From the NCBI RefSeq assembly GCF_009914755.1, contig NC_060937.1: a DNA stretch of 64,000 nucleotides; one strand, written 5' to 3'. Below the pieces are notes generated by a model. It did no database searches, was not told the DNA's origin, and worked only from the letters and a program-made list of their open reading frames with translations. Shown here piece after piece: positions 1-14,140 of the stretch. This DNA comes from the human T2T-CHM13v2.0 reference genome, Homo sapiens. How positions within the stretch are numbered: position 1 is the first letter of the stretch; each line of letters opens with the position of its first letter. The position numbers were made by a program, and so were the translations under genes.

Positions 1-1197
1 ATCGGGAGCCACATGGTCAGAGTATGAGGCAAATGGTCAGAACAGAAGGTCAGGTTGAGACCTGGGGAAGCTCCCTAGATCACAGTGTGTCGTTGCAGAG
101 GCTTTTAATGTGGCACCCAGTGCCTTGAGCCTGAATGGGTGGACTGATGAAAAGAGCTAAGAAAAGCAAACATCTCCAGGTACCCAATACCAATTTTGAG
201 GACCTGTCCCAGCCCAGGAAAATACACAAATGGACAATGGTCAACCCGTACATGCCTGTAGGGCTCTGACCCATCAATGAAAAGAGTCAAACTCTGTAAG
301 ATATTTGAAAAGATTTATTCTGAGCCATATATGAGTGACCATGACCGTGACACAGCCCTCAGGAGGTCCTAAGAACATATGCCCAAGGTGGTCGGGGTGC
401 AGCTTGGTTTTATACATTTTAGGGAGTCATAAGACATCAATCAAATACATTGAAGATATACACTGGTTTGGTCCAGAAAGGTGGGGCAACTTGAAGGAGG
501 TCGTGGGGGCTTCCAGGTTATAGGTAGATTTTAAAATTTTCTGATTGGCAATTGGTTGAAGGCGTTATTATTAGTAGAAAGAAATATCTGGGTTACCATA
601 AGAGGTTGTGGAGATGAAGGTTTTATTATGCAGACGAAGCCTACAGGTAGCAGGCTTCAGAGATAATAGATTGTAAGGTTTCTTATCAGACTTAAGGTCT
701 GTGTTGATGTTGATGCTGGAGGATATAGTGAGGCAAGTCTGACTCTCCTTCCCCTCATGGCCTGAACCAGTCTTTCAGGTTAAATTTTAGAGTGCACTGA
801 CTCAGGAGGAGGTCCACTCAGATGACTGGGGGGCCTTAGAATTTTATTTTTGGTTTATACCCACAACCTCTGCAGCAATTGACCCAGAACAATAAGGACT
901 TGATCAATGGTGGTCAGCTTCACTATTTTTTGCCTCCCCTTGTAACTCTGAACTACTCAGAGAAGGTCAAATATGGTCCCCCAAAACAATCATATAAGAT
1001 GCGCCACTTCTATTTAGCCTGACTCTGAATGGCCTATGCCAGTGACCTCCAATCAGGGCATACCTGAAGCTTCTCTTTTTACCATGGAGGATGCCCACTC
1101 CTCCACCTGTCTATGAGTCTGCTAAATATTAATACAAGCGATGCAGCTGACTCCCTTACTGTAGACCTGTGTGTTCTCATTTGGATAGTCTTCATTT
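1..1197 (+). mobile_element. Old ERVL-class LTR remnant (MER54/MER73/MER74-like), split by the MER4A1 insertion
   Basis: 861-1197 ends in a motif like these LTR 3' ends (GCTGACTCCCTT...GTTCTCATTTGGATAGTCTTCA). Continuity with 1-271 is inferred; subfamily uncertain. Confidence 0.35.
272..859 (-). mobile_element. MER4A1-like solo LTR (ERV1)
   Basis: Reverse complement follows the MER4A1 consensus from TATAAACCAAAAATAAAATTCTAAGGCCCCC to ...TTACAGAGTTTGACTCTTTTC, including the GTATAAAACCAAGCTGCACCCCGACCACCTTGGGC core. Confidence 0.85.
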
Positions 1198-1334
1198 CCA
1201 GAAGATCTAGATCTATAATAGACATATGAAGATTCATTATTTAAACAAATATCCCAAGAACCCACACATCTAAATAGTGCCATCCTTTTCAAGTAGTCTC
1301 TTGGAAGAATTAAAATATACTCCAAGGATACCAT

Positions 1335-1937
1335 TGTTGGGGCTTTTTAACTCCTGTAGTTTGGCAAGCAGGAGGGAGTGGCACCCAGCAGCTTCTTCTC
1401 TCCTGTTGTTCATTGAGCAGGAGAGAGGGTTACAGCTCTTTTATTCCTGCTGCCTGCAGCTTGGCAAACGGAAGCATTACAGCTCTTTCACTCCCACAGG
1501 TTGGTGAGTTCCAGGTTCTTGTCCTGCAACCAAAAGGAATAAGGTACACAGACAACAGAGAGTGAGTAAGGCAGAGTAGAATTTTATCGAGTGACAGAAA
1601 GAAAGCTCTCAGATGTGAGAGGAGACCTGGAAGTGGGTAGCCCTCTGTGAGACTGAGTCCAGGGTTTTTATGGGCTTACAATGGGGGAGTGCATGCTGAT
1701 TGGCCCATGGGTGGTCTCGGAAAGCACCATTCGATTGGTTAAAAGGCATCATTCAGAAGGAATCAATAGAGAGAGAGAGGGTAAGATGGGGATGGAAGTT
1801 CTCACTCTGGTCATGGACTCTATCTGGAACTGGCAGCTTGGTTTTCAGATTTTAAACTGTTCTTGGCTTGAAGATCAGGTTTCACCAGGGACTCATCCCT
1901 GTCTGCCTAGGAATTTGTCTGTCTCCTGTTGCTATCA
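1335..1937 (-). mobile_element. Solo ERV1 LTR, LTR27/MER52 group
   Basis: TG...CA termini and 4-bp TSD CCAT (1331-1334, 1938-1941). Minus strand starts TGATAGCAACAGGAGACAGACAAATTCCTAGGCAGACAGGG. Confidence 0.8.
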
Positions 1938-3701
1938 CCATCATTTCTCAAAATATTTTTGGCAGTTTTCTTTTTAGCATTGAATTTAGAGCCAATATGG
2001 AATTGTGTAGTGAGTTTACTCTTCATCTGATGCTTTCACATTTTCAATCATTCTCCCCCCTCTCTCTCTCTAACATAGTAACAATCCCTGCTCCCCTGTA
2101 CATTTCATTTCTGGCCTAGAATATGCCCTCTGCCAGTGGCATTATTAATCTTATTCACCAGCCTTGTCTCCAAAATAACTTCTAATCATTTCCCTGATTA
2201 ACCCAATTCCCTGCAAGAGTTTGTTCTTTACCAAAATGCTATTCCAAAGAGTGACTCAAGGTTTTTCTATCTGTTTGAGAGGAGACTTGTCACAGACTCT
2301 ACCTCTCTTTGCATTTTGCAATACTGGAGAATATAAGCAAACATTTAATAAATTTTACTTTGTCCCAAATACTCCCTAAGTTCATTCTCCACCATGTCCT
2401 TCCTCAGATGGGGGACACTTCCAGTGTGCATGCCAGAGTGGGGAGAGCAGACCCTCTATCACTGGCAAAGTAGATGGTGTGTTCTCATTTCTTTGACACA
2501 CATGTGGGACAGACTTTTTTGTGCTTTTTCTGTTCTTGCCCTGCAAATGGTGCAGCAGCGTCTCTGGCAGAGACTTGTTTGGGGGAATTATAAACTACGT
2601 GAATACATGTGAGTTGCAAGCAATCACTTTTCTCAGTGTGAATTCCTACAATTAAATGGTAGTTGTCCCTATATATCACTGCTTTCATTAGTAAGGTTCA
2701 AACATCAGAAGTCTGCCAAGTGACTCTCTCAGTTCAGGTGAGTTTATAATGATTCTGGCTCTTGTAAAGAAACTGAACAAAGCAGCTCTGGGTCAGCAAC
2801 GTTCATCTCGTTAAAGCCTGGGGTTGCACAGACAAATGTTCAGGGCATGCTGGAGTGTTCACTATGTACACGGCTGTAGAGCTAAGAGCCCAGTGAAGCA
2901 CAATTGCTGGAAATGGTCTATAAACAATTCATAATAAGGATATTCAAAAGGGGCACTTTGCTTTGAAGTGATAAAATCATTGAATTGTTCAGAATGCCCA
3001 CATTGATCCTTTGAAATTCTTCAGTCATTCCCCTAGTATGGTATGCTATGAGGTTGGAGATGCCTGGCAGGATGTTTGAGCAGTTTCATTTTAATTCTTT
3101 ACTCTATATTAGCTCTTGGGGGGGGGGAGTGGAGAGGAAGTCTCCCCAATCCTTCTCCTCTCATTCTTGTACCTGAAGAAATTTCCTGCCCTGTCATTCC
3201 TTTGAAAACATTAATTAGTGCTCAGAGATGTATATTGGCACACCCTTCCTGTCTGCACAAATGACCTTGGGGCTGACAGGAAAAATGAAGCCGACTCAGA
3301 GTCTGGTGATTGCCAGTCTGCACATTATCTCCTTGCTGAGACACTACAAGGTAATGAGGAAAGGACATTTCCCCACAGATGTCACCTGTGGGGGAGATGG
3401 CAGCCATTTTTCAAGAGCCCAGGCAGCTCTGTGGAAGAGGTTACCCCCAGTCTGCTGTCCCTAACCTGTGACTGAATACCTCTCATCTATTCTGTAGCAC
3501 TCTGTGCTGATCTCCCTCATAAGGCATCACTCTAATTGCTTGTTTACACATCAGTCTCCCAAGAGGCTGTAAACTCCTTAGGGCGGGGGTTGTATTTTAG
3601 CATCACTTTATGACCAGCTGAATCAAATCAGCAACAGTGAGAAGTGACCAAAATCAAAATTTGATGCCAAGCATTTTAGGGAATCAGGAAATAAAATATG
3701 T

Positions 3702-3705
3702 AAAA

Positions 3706-3744
<39 letters not shown>

Positions 3745-3830
3745 TGTGTGTGTGTATCTATCATATATATGTACATCTATCATGTATATACATATATGTG
3801 TGTATGTATACACATGTACATACATACATT
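3702..3830. repeat. A-run plus (TA)n/(TATG)n low-complexity repeat
   Basis: Directly visible. Confidence 0.9.
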
Positions 3831-4074
3831 GGATGTGTTGGAATGGCATAGTTTTAGTCCTCTGGGAATTATTTGTAGAAGACATATATCCGTGTAAGAT
3901 AAATCAAAGTCAAAATTTACCATAAAACTAATGATCATTTTCCAACTGGCTTCTTATGAGACTCAAAAAACTTCACAGACATAAAAATCACTTTGAAAAC
4001 ATAATGCTTTTTAGCGATAGATAATACGTTACTGATAATTAATAGACAGATACAGCTGTATCTATATAATCAAT

Positions 4075-4600
4075 ATTGTGACATGTCACTCATAAGTACT
4101 TCAGCTTGCATTTTCTAAGAATAAGGACATTCTACTACATAACATTTTCATTATTATAGCCAAGAAAAAATAACATATAACATATCTAATATACAGGCCA
4201 GATTTGAATTCCCCAATTTTCCCAAAATTGACTTTCATATATTTTTTTCTCTGATCCAGGATCCCGTCAAGATTCACACATTATATTTGGTTGCTATTAT
4301 CTCTTTGATCTCTTTAACTATAGTATAGTTCTCAGTTCTCCTGTCTTTGCACTTTTTAAAAGTTTTTTGTAGAGACAAGGGTCTCACTTTGCTACCCAGG
4401 CTGGTCTCAAACTCTTGGCTTCAAGTAATCCTCCCGCCTTGTCCTCCCAAAGTTGGGATCCTTTGTACTTTTTTTTTTTAATGACATTTTTATGAATTCA
4501 AGGGAATTGTCTTCCTGAATGTCCCATTGTCTGGTTTTATATGATAGTTTTCTCATGATTAGATTCAGGTTAGCCTATTTGGTAAGATATTGCACATAAT
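4075..4600 (-). mobile_element. Ancient L1MC-type 3'-UTR fragment interrupted by an Alu monomer
   Basis: L1MC-like motifs CTAAGAATAAGGACATTCT, GATCCAGGATCC..., CTCATGATTAGATTCAGGTTA. Confidence 0.55.
4363..4460 (-). mobile_element. Alu left-monomer/FLAM fragment
   Basis: GTAGAGACAAGGGTCTCAC...CCCAGGCTGGTCTCAAACTC...CCTCCCAAAGT. Confidence 0.8.
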
Positions 4601-4871
4601 TTACATTTTTAAAACATTATTTTAATCATAAATATAGTATAGTACTGTAGCAGAAAACTTGGAAAGTAGAAAAGAAAGAGAAGCCACCAATAATCCCACT
4701 GACCTGACTCACACGATAGCATTCCAATGCATTTCCAGCCTTTTCCTTATTATTCTTTTTAGCATAGTTTTAATTATATTGCCAATCCAACTTTGTATTC
4801 TGGTGGATTTTTATGTAATATCACATCCTAAGCAGTTTCACTGTAAGTAATGGCATCAATACTAACAATAT

Positions 4872-5072
4872 TAACTGCCATTTATTGAGTACTTAATGAG
4901 TCAGAAGCAGTATCAGGCAAACTATATTTATTTATTTATTTTAAAGTTCATTACAGCCGTATGAAATAAGTTCTATTAATATCCCTGTTTTAGAATTGAG
5001 AAAACTGAGACTCTGATACCACAGCTGGTAATGGGTAAGGAAGAAATTTGAAACCAGATGAATGTGATTCTA
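4872..5072 (-). mobile_element. MIR SINE
   Basis: CATTTATTGAGTACTT, plus the reverse MIR core ATCCCTGTTTTAGAATTGAGAAAACTGAGAC. Confidence 0.65.
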
Positions 5073-6399
5073 TCCCACTATCTGTCTCCTATAATTTCTA
5101 TTGAATGTGCTTTGACCTGTTCATTTCATGTAAACACACTAGTAGCTCTTATCAGCTTAGGCCTGCCCTGCTGCTTTAGCATATTTGACAAACCCTAACT
5201 TTTTCTTTGGACTGCCCCTTCAGCTTATGAGCAAAGCCCTGCACTGGCTTCAGAGACTAGTGCTATTTTTTGCCTAAGAACTTAAATCTTAACCAAATTT
5301 GGTTTACCCAGTCTATTTTTATTTCTCAAGGAGGCAATGCAACAAAGTCATCAAAAAGACTGGGTCAGGGGTGGGTGAATAAAATCAATCAAGTGAGACT
5401 ACTGCCAGGGCCAAAGTCTTAAGCATTCCAGGCTTAAATTCCACCACCATGGGTGGTGGTGGCAGGTTTCTGTCCCTGGGCCCCAGAGGCCCCTCTTCGA
5501 GGAGGTATTGCCCCTGACAGCGGCATGGCTGTGGATTGGGGATCTCTCTTCTCTTCGGCTCTAATAGGAGACCCTGAAATTTAAGCTGTGCAAAATGATC
5601 CTGATGTAAAGGGCCTCTGACCCAAGCACACCCCAGTGATTAGAAATGTGTCAGATGTCAAAGCCTGAAGAAGCACAACTTCTAATACTTCTCAATGCCC
5701 TTTAATGTGGGTTATATGCCTACATTTGTCTTACAGCTCATGGTGCCATCCAGGGAGGAGGCAGCAGCAGTAGGAGAAAGCTTTGCCAGCACAACCTTTG
5801 GGAGGGGTGTGAGCACAGCACAAAGGAGCCTAATGCATTTCAACCGCAGCCAAGTTAGTGGTTTAGACTTCATAAACATGTTTTAAATGTTATGACTCTT
5901 TATGCCATGGCATTCCTACTCCAAAGGATAGCTACCTAAAAATTTAAATATATAAAAAATTAAAAACCCCAATTCAGCAAATAGTTCAAGACTTTGATGA
6001 GAAGAAAAGCTGATTAATCATTTTCTTGTTGCTTGCCTTTCTTTTGACATTTTTCTGACCTTTTCCAAAACCATTACACATCTGGGATGCTCAATCATTT
6101 ACTAAAAGGGTTAAGGCAATATAACCTCCTTGTGATTAAGAATAAAAATGAAGTGGAATGGAGTCCTTCACAGTTTTACAGTTTTACTTGACTCAGGGGT
6201 TGGAGGTGGTGATGAGGACCTAGAAAAGTTTCTATTATAATAATTTTCTTTAGTATTTGGTATTGAGAATGATGGGAAAAAATCAAGAGATGTGATTAAC
6301 CCATGAAACTAGCTATATTTGGTTACAGACTGCCCTAGCCCTATAAGTTATTTTGCGATGCTATCTGTAATGCATTTAAAGAGCCTGTTGTTACCGACA

Positions 6400-6860
6400 T
6401 GTGTCAGTTATCTATTGCTATCATGATGCTTCATAAAAAATAAACACAAACGTTCAGTAGCATATGATAATAGATATTTATAACTCCTGCATTTGGAGTG
6501 CTTAGCTAGGCAGTATGCTGATCTTGGCTGTGCACGTTCACATATCTGGGGGTAAATTGGCTGTCAGCTGATCAAGGCTTCCCTTGACTGGGATGATTGG
6601 GGCAATTTGGCTCAGTTCCAATTATCTTTCATTCTCCAGCAGACATATTCTTGAGGCAATGACAGAGGCACAAGAAAGCAAGCCTCAATGCACAAGACCA
6701 TTTCAAGTCTTTTGTTGTGTCATATCTCCTAAATTCCATGGGACAAAGCTAATTTTGAGCCCAATTTCAAGTGGTGGAGCAGGTTACCTTATCCACAGTA
6801 GGAGGACATTACAAAGTTACCTGCAAAGACCTCGTTAAAGGGATGGTAAAAACCTGGGTC
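6400..6860 (-). mobile_element. MLT1 (old MaLR) LTR
   Basis: Starts TGTGTCAGTTATCTATTGCT, the reverse complement of the MLT1 3' end. Internal GGCAATGACAGAGGCACAAGAAAGCAAGC motif. Confidence 0.65.
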
Positions 6861-7026
6861 CGTATACCAGGTGATACTATGTCGTGTAGGGTTAAAGTCA
6901 GTATGAATTGTTTACCAACAGCTAACATCCAGTGCAGATCCAATCATGAGGACAAGCTGTGCAATAACAACAGGCACGTTGGTGGCTGGTTTCATAAGCC
7001 AAGGTAGAAGAAATAAGTTAGGATCA

Positions 7027-7338
<312 letters not shown>

Positions 7339-7354
7339 AAAGGTGGCCAGAAAT

Positions 7355-8879
7355 GTAAATCCTTCCTAAAGTGATCTGTAGATTCAATGCAGCCTCAATA
7401 CAAATCCTAGCAAGATCTGTTGTAGAAATCAACAAGCAGATTCTAAAATTTTTATGGAAAAGCAAAGTAAACAGATTAGTGAAAAGAATTTGGAGAAAAA
7501 ACAAAGTTAATCTAAAGAATTAACTCTAAAGCTACAGTGTCAAAAGTATGCATGTTGGTGAAAGAGTCACCACAAGTCAATGAAATTAAACTGAATCCAA
7601 AATAAATCCACAAATATAAGGATAATTGATTTTCAACTAAGGAACAAAGGAAATTCAATGGAGGATAGTTTTTTTCAACAGATGTCAGCGAAACAGATAC
7701 CTATATGCAAAAACATGATTCTCAACCCATCCCTTGCCTCAAATACAAAATCAACTCAAATTGGAACATAGGCCTACATGTAAAACCTAACAATAAGAAA
7801 TTTCTAGAGGAAAAGATAGGGAAGAGATTTTTGCAACCATCGATAAGTGCTGCTTTCTTAGCTAGGCCACACACAAAAATTAAGTAGGACTTCATTGAAA
7901 TAAAAAGTGCTGTTCTTTGAAATATACTGTTAAGAAAAAAAATAAATAGACAAGCCACAGACTGGGACAAAATATTTACAAAATACGTATGTTATGAAAG
8001 ACTTGTTTTCAGAATATATAAAGAACTCTGACAAATAATAATAAAAGTAAACTAACAACCTAATAAAAAATGGCCAAAAGACTTGGACATTTCAGCAAAG
8101 AAGGTATGTGGAAGGCAAATGAACAAATGAAAAGACACTCAACAGTATTCGTCATTAAGGATATGCAAATTAAAAACAGTGAAATACTGCCATACCTCTT
8201 TTTAACAATAGAAACTTTAAAACGGCAAGGTCAAGAGCTGATAAGGATGCAGAGTAATTGGAACTCTCAGGTATTGCTGGTGGTAATGCTAAGTGCCACT
8301 TAAGAAGTCAGTCTGACAATTTCTTATAAAGTTGAATGTCACTTATACAACTGAGCATTTGGATATTTACCCAAGAGAAATGAAAACATAAAGCATTGGA
8401 GTATCTACCCGAGAGATATAAAACATCTTCATGTTGCGAGGCATTATTCACAACCTCCAAAAAATTACGAACAACCCAAATAACCACCGCCCAGTAAATA
8501 AATGAACAGACTCTGTTACATTGATACAATGGAATATGACAGCAATTAAAGAGAATAACTTGTGCTATATGTAACAACACGGATGAACTCAAATGCATAA
8601 TGCTAAGTGAAAAAAAGCCAGACTTAAAAGACCACCTGCTCTGTCCTTTCATATGAATCACATGCCACAAAAGGCAAACTATAGGGACAGTAATTGCCAG
8701 GGGCTGAGAATGGAGAGAGAGGACTGATCACAAAGGTGCAGAGAGAATGCTCTAGGTCTTGATTGTGGTGGTGCTTACACAACTGTATGTGTTTTTCAAG
8801 ATCCATCAAACTGCACACTTAAAAAGGGTAAATTTTACTGTATATAAATTATACCTTGAAAAACCTGACTTTAAAAAAA
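7355..8879 (+). mobile_element. Ancient L1M (L1MD/L1ME-like): 3' ORF2 remnant and 3'-UTR
   Basis: The ORF at 8070 resembles the L1 ORF2 C-terminus (HFSKEGMWKANEQMKRHST). The 3' end is AAATTATACCTTGAAAAACCTGACTTTAAAA. Confidence 0.8.
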
Positions 8880-9984
8880 GGGAAGCCAGGGAAGCAAAAG
8901 ACAGAGCCAGATACATCATACATCACTAACTAGGTGTGTAGCTGAAGCTTCTGTTCCAGCCGCTAAGCATGTGCTGAGCCACGTGCCACCTTTTCTTAGT
9001 CTTTTCAGTCAACAGCTATTGTTAGAAAAGACATCTTGAACCAAAAGCTTAGACATTTTAGTACTCTTTTACCCAGATTCCTTTTCTAGAAATGTGTCCT
9101 ACAGAATGAACCTTAAATTACTTAAGCGCTGATGATGCCTCTTGTGCAGCTCTCTACAGCAATAGATGTAAGAAGTGCTCACTTTCTGAGCTTTGAGGTC
9201 ATGTGTCTAACTTCTTCTGTTTCCCTTTAGAAAGAATGTGTGCTTGAGTCAGGTTGGTCTGCCACACCTGAGCATTCCATACTCTCTTTAGTCAAATCTC
9301 TGGGTTGATAAAATTGATTACTGAGGAGATGATAATAAGATGCTTAACTCCAGATTCTACAGACTGCCTTGGTCTATATCATAGACTATATCTCAGGCCA
9401 TACCTGCAGGAGGCCCATGGCAGCTTAGAGGGCTGCCTTGTAGAAACTTTGGTCAAATCAAGTCACATCCTAAAGAGAAGAAAGTGGCTAACTTTTAGAA
9501 ATTGCTGAAACAGATCCTTCTATTGAATAGAAGCCACCCTGAATGGTTGCTCACTCACCATACAGCCTGGAAGAAACCAGGGTCTCTCCTAGGTTCCTAT
9601 GGAGAGAGGTCAGAGTGTCTAGTCTAACTCTCAAACTCACTTAAACCACCAAAGAATTCACCCTCAGTTAAGATTTGGCTTTATGGCAGCTGATTGGTGA
9701 TAGTACTAGGGGCAGGGGAGGTAATTGCCTCACTTCCCAAACTTTCAGTCCTATTGGAAGGTGACACAGCTGTAGTTTTACCCATCTTGAAAATGAGAAG
9801 GTGATTGGTCCAACCCCCTCTTACATAGATGAGGAAATGAGCACTTGAGATCTAACTATAAAGCCAGTTAGTAGCAAGTGGTGCCACTGATTAAGCCTCC
9901 TGATATTCGGTTATGTGTCTGATCAGCTAGCTTCAGACTAAACTGAGTCTTTTGCTTAATAATTTGCCTAAGAAACGCAGATAC

Positions 9985-10014
9985 AACACACACACACACA
10001 CAAACACACACACA
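9985..10014. repeat. (CA)n microsatellite
   Basis: Directly visible. Confidence 0.85.
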
Positions 10015-10088
10015 CGACAGAGAAAAATACAACTACCATGCATCATGTACACATCCAATACTAAGGAATCCAAATCAATTCTTCTTCT

Positions 10089-10450
<362 letters not shown>

Positions 10451-10470
10451 TAGCAGAACAGAAAGAAGTC

Positions 10471-10648
10471 TTAAGAGTCCAGGCTCTGGAGTGGGCTATT
10501 GGGATGCAAAATAATCTAAAGTATTCTGTGCCTCAGTTTCCTTATTTGTACAAAATGGATGATGATAATACCTCTACCATAAGGTTGTTATAAATATTTA
10601 ACTGGTTGCTATATGTAAAATGCTTAGAATAAAGCCTGACACATCAGT
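10471..10648 (+). mobile_element. MIR SINE
   Basis: Core CTGTGCCTCAGTTTCCTTATTTGTACAAAATGG and 3' part ATGTAAAATGCTTAGAATAAAGCCTGACACA. Confidence 0.75.
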
Positions 10649-11108
10649 GGAAATTCACTATTACTCTCTCCATTGGACTGAAGCTGGCAGCTTTACAATT
10701 ACAGCTGTTCACATACCATAGTCCCCATTCCTGGTACAGCTACCTTCTTTGTGGCTCTTCTCTTTAGATCAAAGTAGCACCAGATAGTGCAGCAAAAGAT
10801 CATGTTCATGTTAGAGAAAACTGGTTCTTTACCTCGAATAGCTTCCCATATGTTCTGTGCAAGGTTGGTGCTATAATTTTTTTAAGTACCTGCAAATTTC
10901 ATTCAGAATAACCATATTTAACTTTTCTCATATAAATGTGGTGGTTGTTCTGGTATGAGATTCAGCTCCCTGTCTGTTTGGGTCCTTGGGCTTGGTTCAC
11001 AGCTTCTCAACAGCTGTCTTCAAACACGCAAGAATCTACCCTGCCTAGGCCGACTCTCCCAGACGTGGCCCTAGGGTGTTTGGAGCCATGCTACCTCAGG
11101 GTATTTTC

Positions 11109-11504
11109 TTTTTCTTTCTTTCTTTCTTTCTTTCTTTTCTTTCTTTCTTTCTCTCTTTCTTTCTTTCTCTTTCTTTCTTCCTTCCTTTCTTCCTTCCTTC
11201 CTTTTTTTTTTTTTGACATAGGGTCTCACTCTGTTATCCACGCTGGGGTGCAATGGCATGATCATGGCTCACTGCAGCTTCGATGTCCTGGGCTCAAGCA
11301 ATCCTCCCACCTGAGCGTCCTGAGTAGCTGAGACTACAGACATGCATCACCATGCCCGGTTAATTTTTTTTTTTTTTTAATTTTTGCAGAGATAAGGTCT
11401 CGCTGTGTTGCCTAGGCTGGTCTCAAACTCCTAGGCTTAAGCGATCCTCCCACCTCGGCTTCCCAAAGTGCTGGGATTACAGGCCTGAGCCACCTCACCC
11501 GGTT
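11109..11504 (-). mobile_element. AluJ with a tail expanded into (TTTC)n/(TTCC)n
   Basis: J-type CTGGGCTCAAGCAATCCTCCCACC; TSD GTATTTTC (11101-11108, 11505-11512). Confidence 0.9.
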
Positions 11505-11512
11505 GTATTTTC

Positions 11513-13415
11513 CTTCAATCAATGACATTCAGCTTCCTGCTGTCCCCTCCAAGAGTGTGAAGGGCTGGCATCAGGTTGTTGCTGGAAATATCAAGGCAAT
11601 CAGAAGGCTGGATCATTCCTGTAGCAGTATTGGCTGAGTGTCCAATGGGCTGGAGCCATTGGAGAAGCCAGTTCTGACCATTACCCAGGGTTTACATCTG
11701 ACTCCATGGGCTTCACTAAAGTTGTTGGCCTGGTTTGGATAGTAAGCACTTGAGTTTATGACTTCTAGATAATTTTTCACTATAGCAGCCAGAGCTCAGG
11801 GTGAGCAAAAGGGAAAACTGTGATATATTTATGGTTTCTCTCTGGCAGTGCCTTAGGGTGGTGCATTCTGGAAGGTGCTGGAAGTTGGGCCAGTAGGAGC
11901 TGAGGGGATGTGAATAAGGCACTGATAGCATCTGCCACAGTCCCTGATGGGTCCGTTCTCATCCACTTACATCCCACTTAAGTTTAGTCTGTCTTGTCAT
12001 TGATTCTTAATGGGGGTGACTGTCAATACTTTTTTAAAGGAAAATAGGCTGGGTGCAGTGGCTCATGCTTGTAATCCCAGCACTTTGGGAGGCCAAGGCG
12101 GGCGGATTGCCTGAGGTCAGGAGTTCACGATCAGCCTGGCTAACATGGTGAAACCCCATCTCTATTAAAAATACAAAAATTAGCCGGGCACGGTGGTGCA
12201 CGCCTGTAGTCCCAGCTACTTCGGAGACTAAGGCAGGAGAATCACTTGAACCCAGGAGGCAGAAGTTGCAGTGAGCCAAGATCGTGCCAGAGCAAGACTC
12301 CATCTCAAAAAAAAAAAAAAAAAGGAAAATAATTACTGCAGAAAGGTTAGTGGGCCAGGGTACAGTCCCTACACAGAAGCTGGTTCCTAGGTCATAATTA
12401 ATATTTATGATCCCAGACCTTAAAGTCTGAAGGATCTGAGACCTCTGAGTTCCTTCATCTCTGTCAGTCCATAGTTTCTGTAACTGCCCATTTGGTTACT
12501 ACCAGGAAAGAAAACACCTAGAGAGATTCCAACAAATCCCCTTAAGAACCAGCCTCTATAATATAATAGCTACTCTATCTCTTCCTGATAAACAGGTAAC
12601 TTCTTTTTTTGCCTGTTGCTCTACAGGCATGAGGAACCCAAAATAACCAGATGGCAGCTGTTGCTTTAGGGCTAATGTAGTGCTTCCTGTGTCTGCTGGC
12701 AGAAGAGCTCTCCATCTGCCAGTTAGAAACCATAATCTCTGGTCCAGCAGACCAGACTAGGGGACAAATTCCCCAAGTAGACCATGGGAAGTGATAGTGT
12801 CAGGAGCCACTCCTCCTCTTACCCCTTGTTTCCTAAACCCGTGAGTTCTTCCTGCTGGGGGCATTGTACCCTCAACAACATTGATCTAGACAATATGCCA
12901 CATTTTGAATGACACCACCAAAACACTGCAAGTGGCATTCTCAGGCTGGAACCCCAGCTGTGCCTTTAAAACAGCATTCAAATTTTCTACCAGACTAGCT
13001 CTAGGGTGATATAGTATAGAGTAGGACCAGTGAATACCATCGCTGTGTGTCAATTATAGTACTTCCTTCCCTGGAAAGCAAGTCTGTTGGTCCAGGAAAT
13101 GTTAGGTGGGATCCTGAAAAAGCTAAATCAGACCCTCTGTGAGTGCTCAAATATCTTTCAAATGCTAGTGGTATTACAGAAGCCAATCCATCAATATCCC
13201 ATCCAAATCCATCGTGAATATTACAGTACACAGCATAATTACCTGCCACTTATATCCCATCCAAATCTATCATCAATGCCACAGTAAGTTGGGGTTTGCC
13301 ACCATACCACTTACCACCAGCAATGGGATTTGCTTATTGCTACTTGTCAAGCAAGTGATGTAGCTCCAGACTGTATCCTAAAGATCTGCTTCCTAGGATT
13401 ACTTCTCGTACCAAC
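11513..13415 (-). mobile_element. ERVL-class internal sequence (ERV3-16A3_I-like), decayed and internally deleted
   Basis: On the minus strand the LTR16 end is followed directly by a PBS-like GTTGGTACGAGAAGTAATCCTAGGAAGCAGA. Downstream sequence resembles ERVL pol/integrase. The left boundary is uncertain and may extend beyond the AluJ. Confidence 0.55.
12047..12320 (+). mobile_element. AluS with a ~22-nt deletion in the right arm
   Basis: TSD AAAGGAAAATA (12036-12046, 12321-12331). ATCGTGCC joins AGAGCAAGACTCC, lacking ACTGCACTCCAGCCTGGGCGAC. Confidence 0.9.
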
Positions 13416-13905
13416 TGTCTTAGCTTGTGTTCCACCAGAAGCAGATGCTGAGCTAAGTTTTTGCGTGTAAGTAGTTTATTGTGTAATTGACCCCAGGAAA
13501 TATCAATAACAGTGTGAAGAAAGGAGACAGGGACAGCAAGGCTGTCTATAAAGGGCACATTGCCAAATAAGCTTTGGCAACTATGGGCGACTGGAGCTAA
13601 ATGCACTAAGGGGAACTCTAGAAGACCAAGTAGTGCACATTCCTGACTTATCTCTTCTGAGGGGTGAGGAAGCTGGCGCATTCATTTATCAGCTCCCATT
13701 TATCATTGGTAGAGGCAACTCCTGGGGGAAGAGAGGAGGGCTATTAACTCCCCTACATTTCCAGCCTGCCACAGTGTATAGGGACTGAAAAAACTGGGTG
13801 TAGGAGAAAACTTTCAGCAAGACTCACAAGTGCTGGCACTCAGAAGTTGATCCTGTATGCCCAGATGTGGGAAAGGCTGAGGCACTGTGGGAGTGGTCTG
13901 CTATA
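13416..13905 (-). mobile_element. LTR16-family LTR (ERVL), 5' LTR of the adjacent internal remnant
   Basis: Termini TGTCTTAG... and ...TCTGCTATA match the reverse LTR16 ends. Confidence 0.75.
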
Positions 13906-13944
13906 ATGTACAGGAATTATATATGAATACCAGTGAGCGATTAA

Positions 13945-14140
13945 TATGAACCAAGGGCGGCTCTATGCGCTATATGTGTGTCTCATGTATTTCTCACATC
14001 ATGAGAATAGTAATAGGGCTTACCTATTTACTATCCTCATTTTCCAGATGGAGAATCTGAGGCTCAGAGGTGTTAAACAATTTCCCCAAGGTCATTCAGC
14101 TATTCAGTGGAGGTGCTTGGATTCAAAATCAGGGACTCTT
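13945..14140 (-). mobile_element. MIR SINE
   Basis: ATCCTCATTTTCCAGATGGAGAATCTGAGGCTCAGAG...CCCAAGGTCA. Confidence 0.75.
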
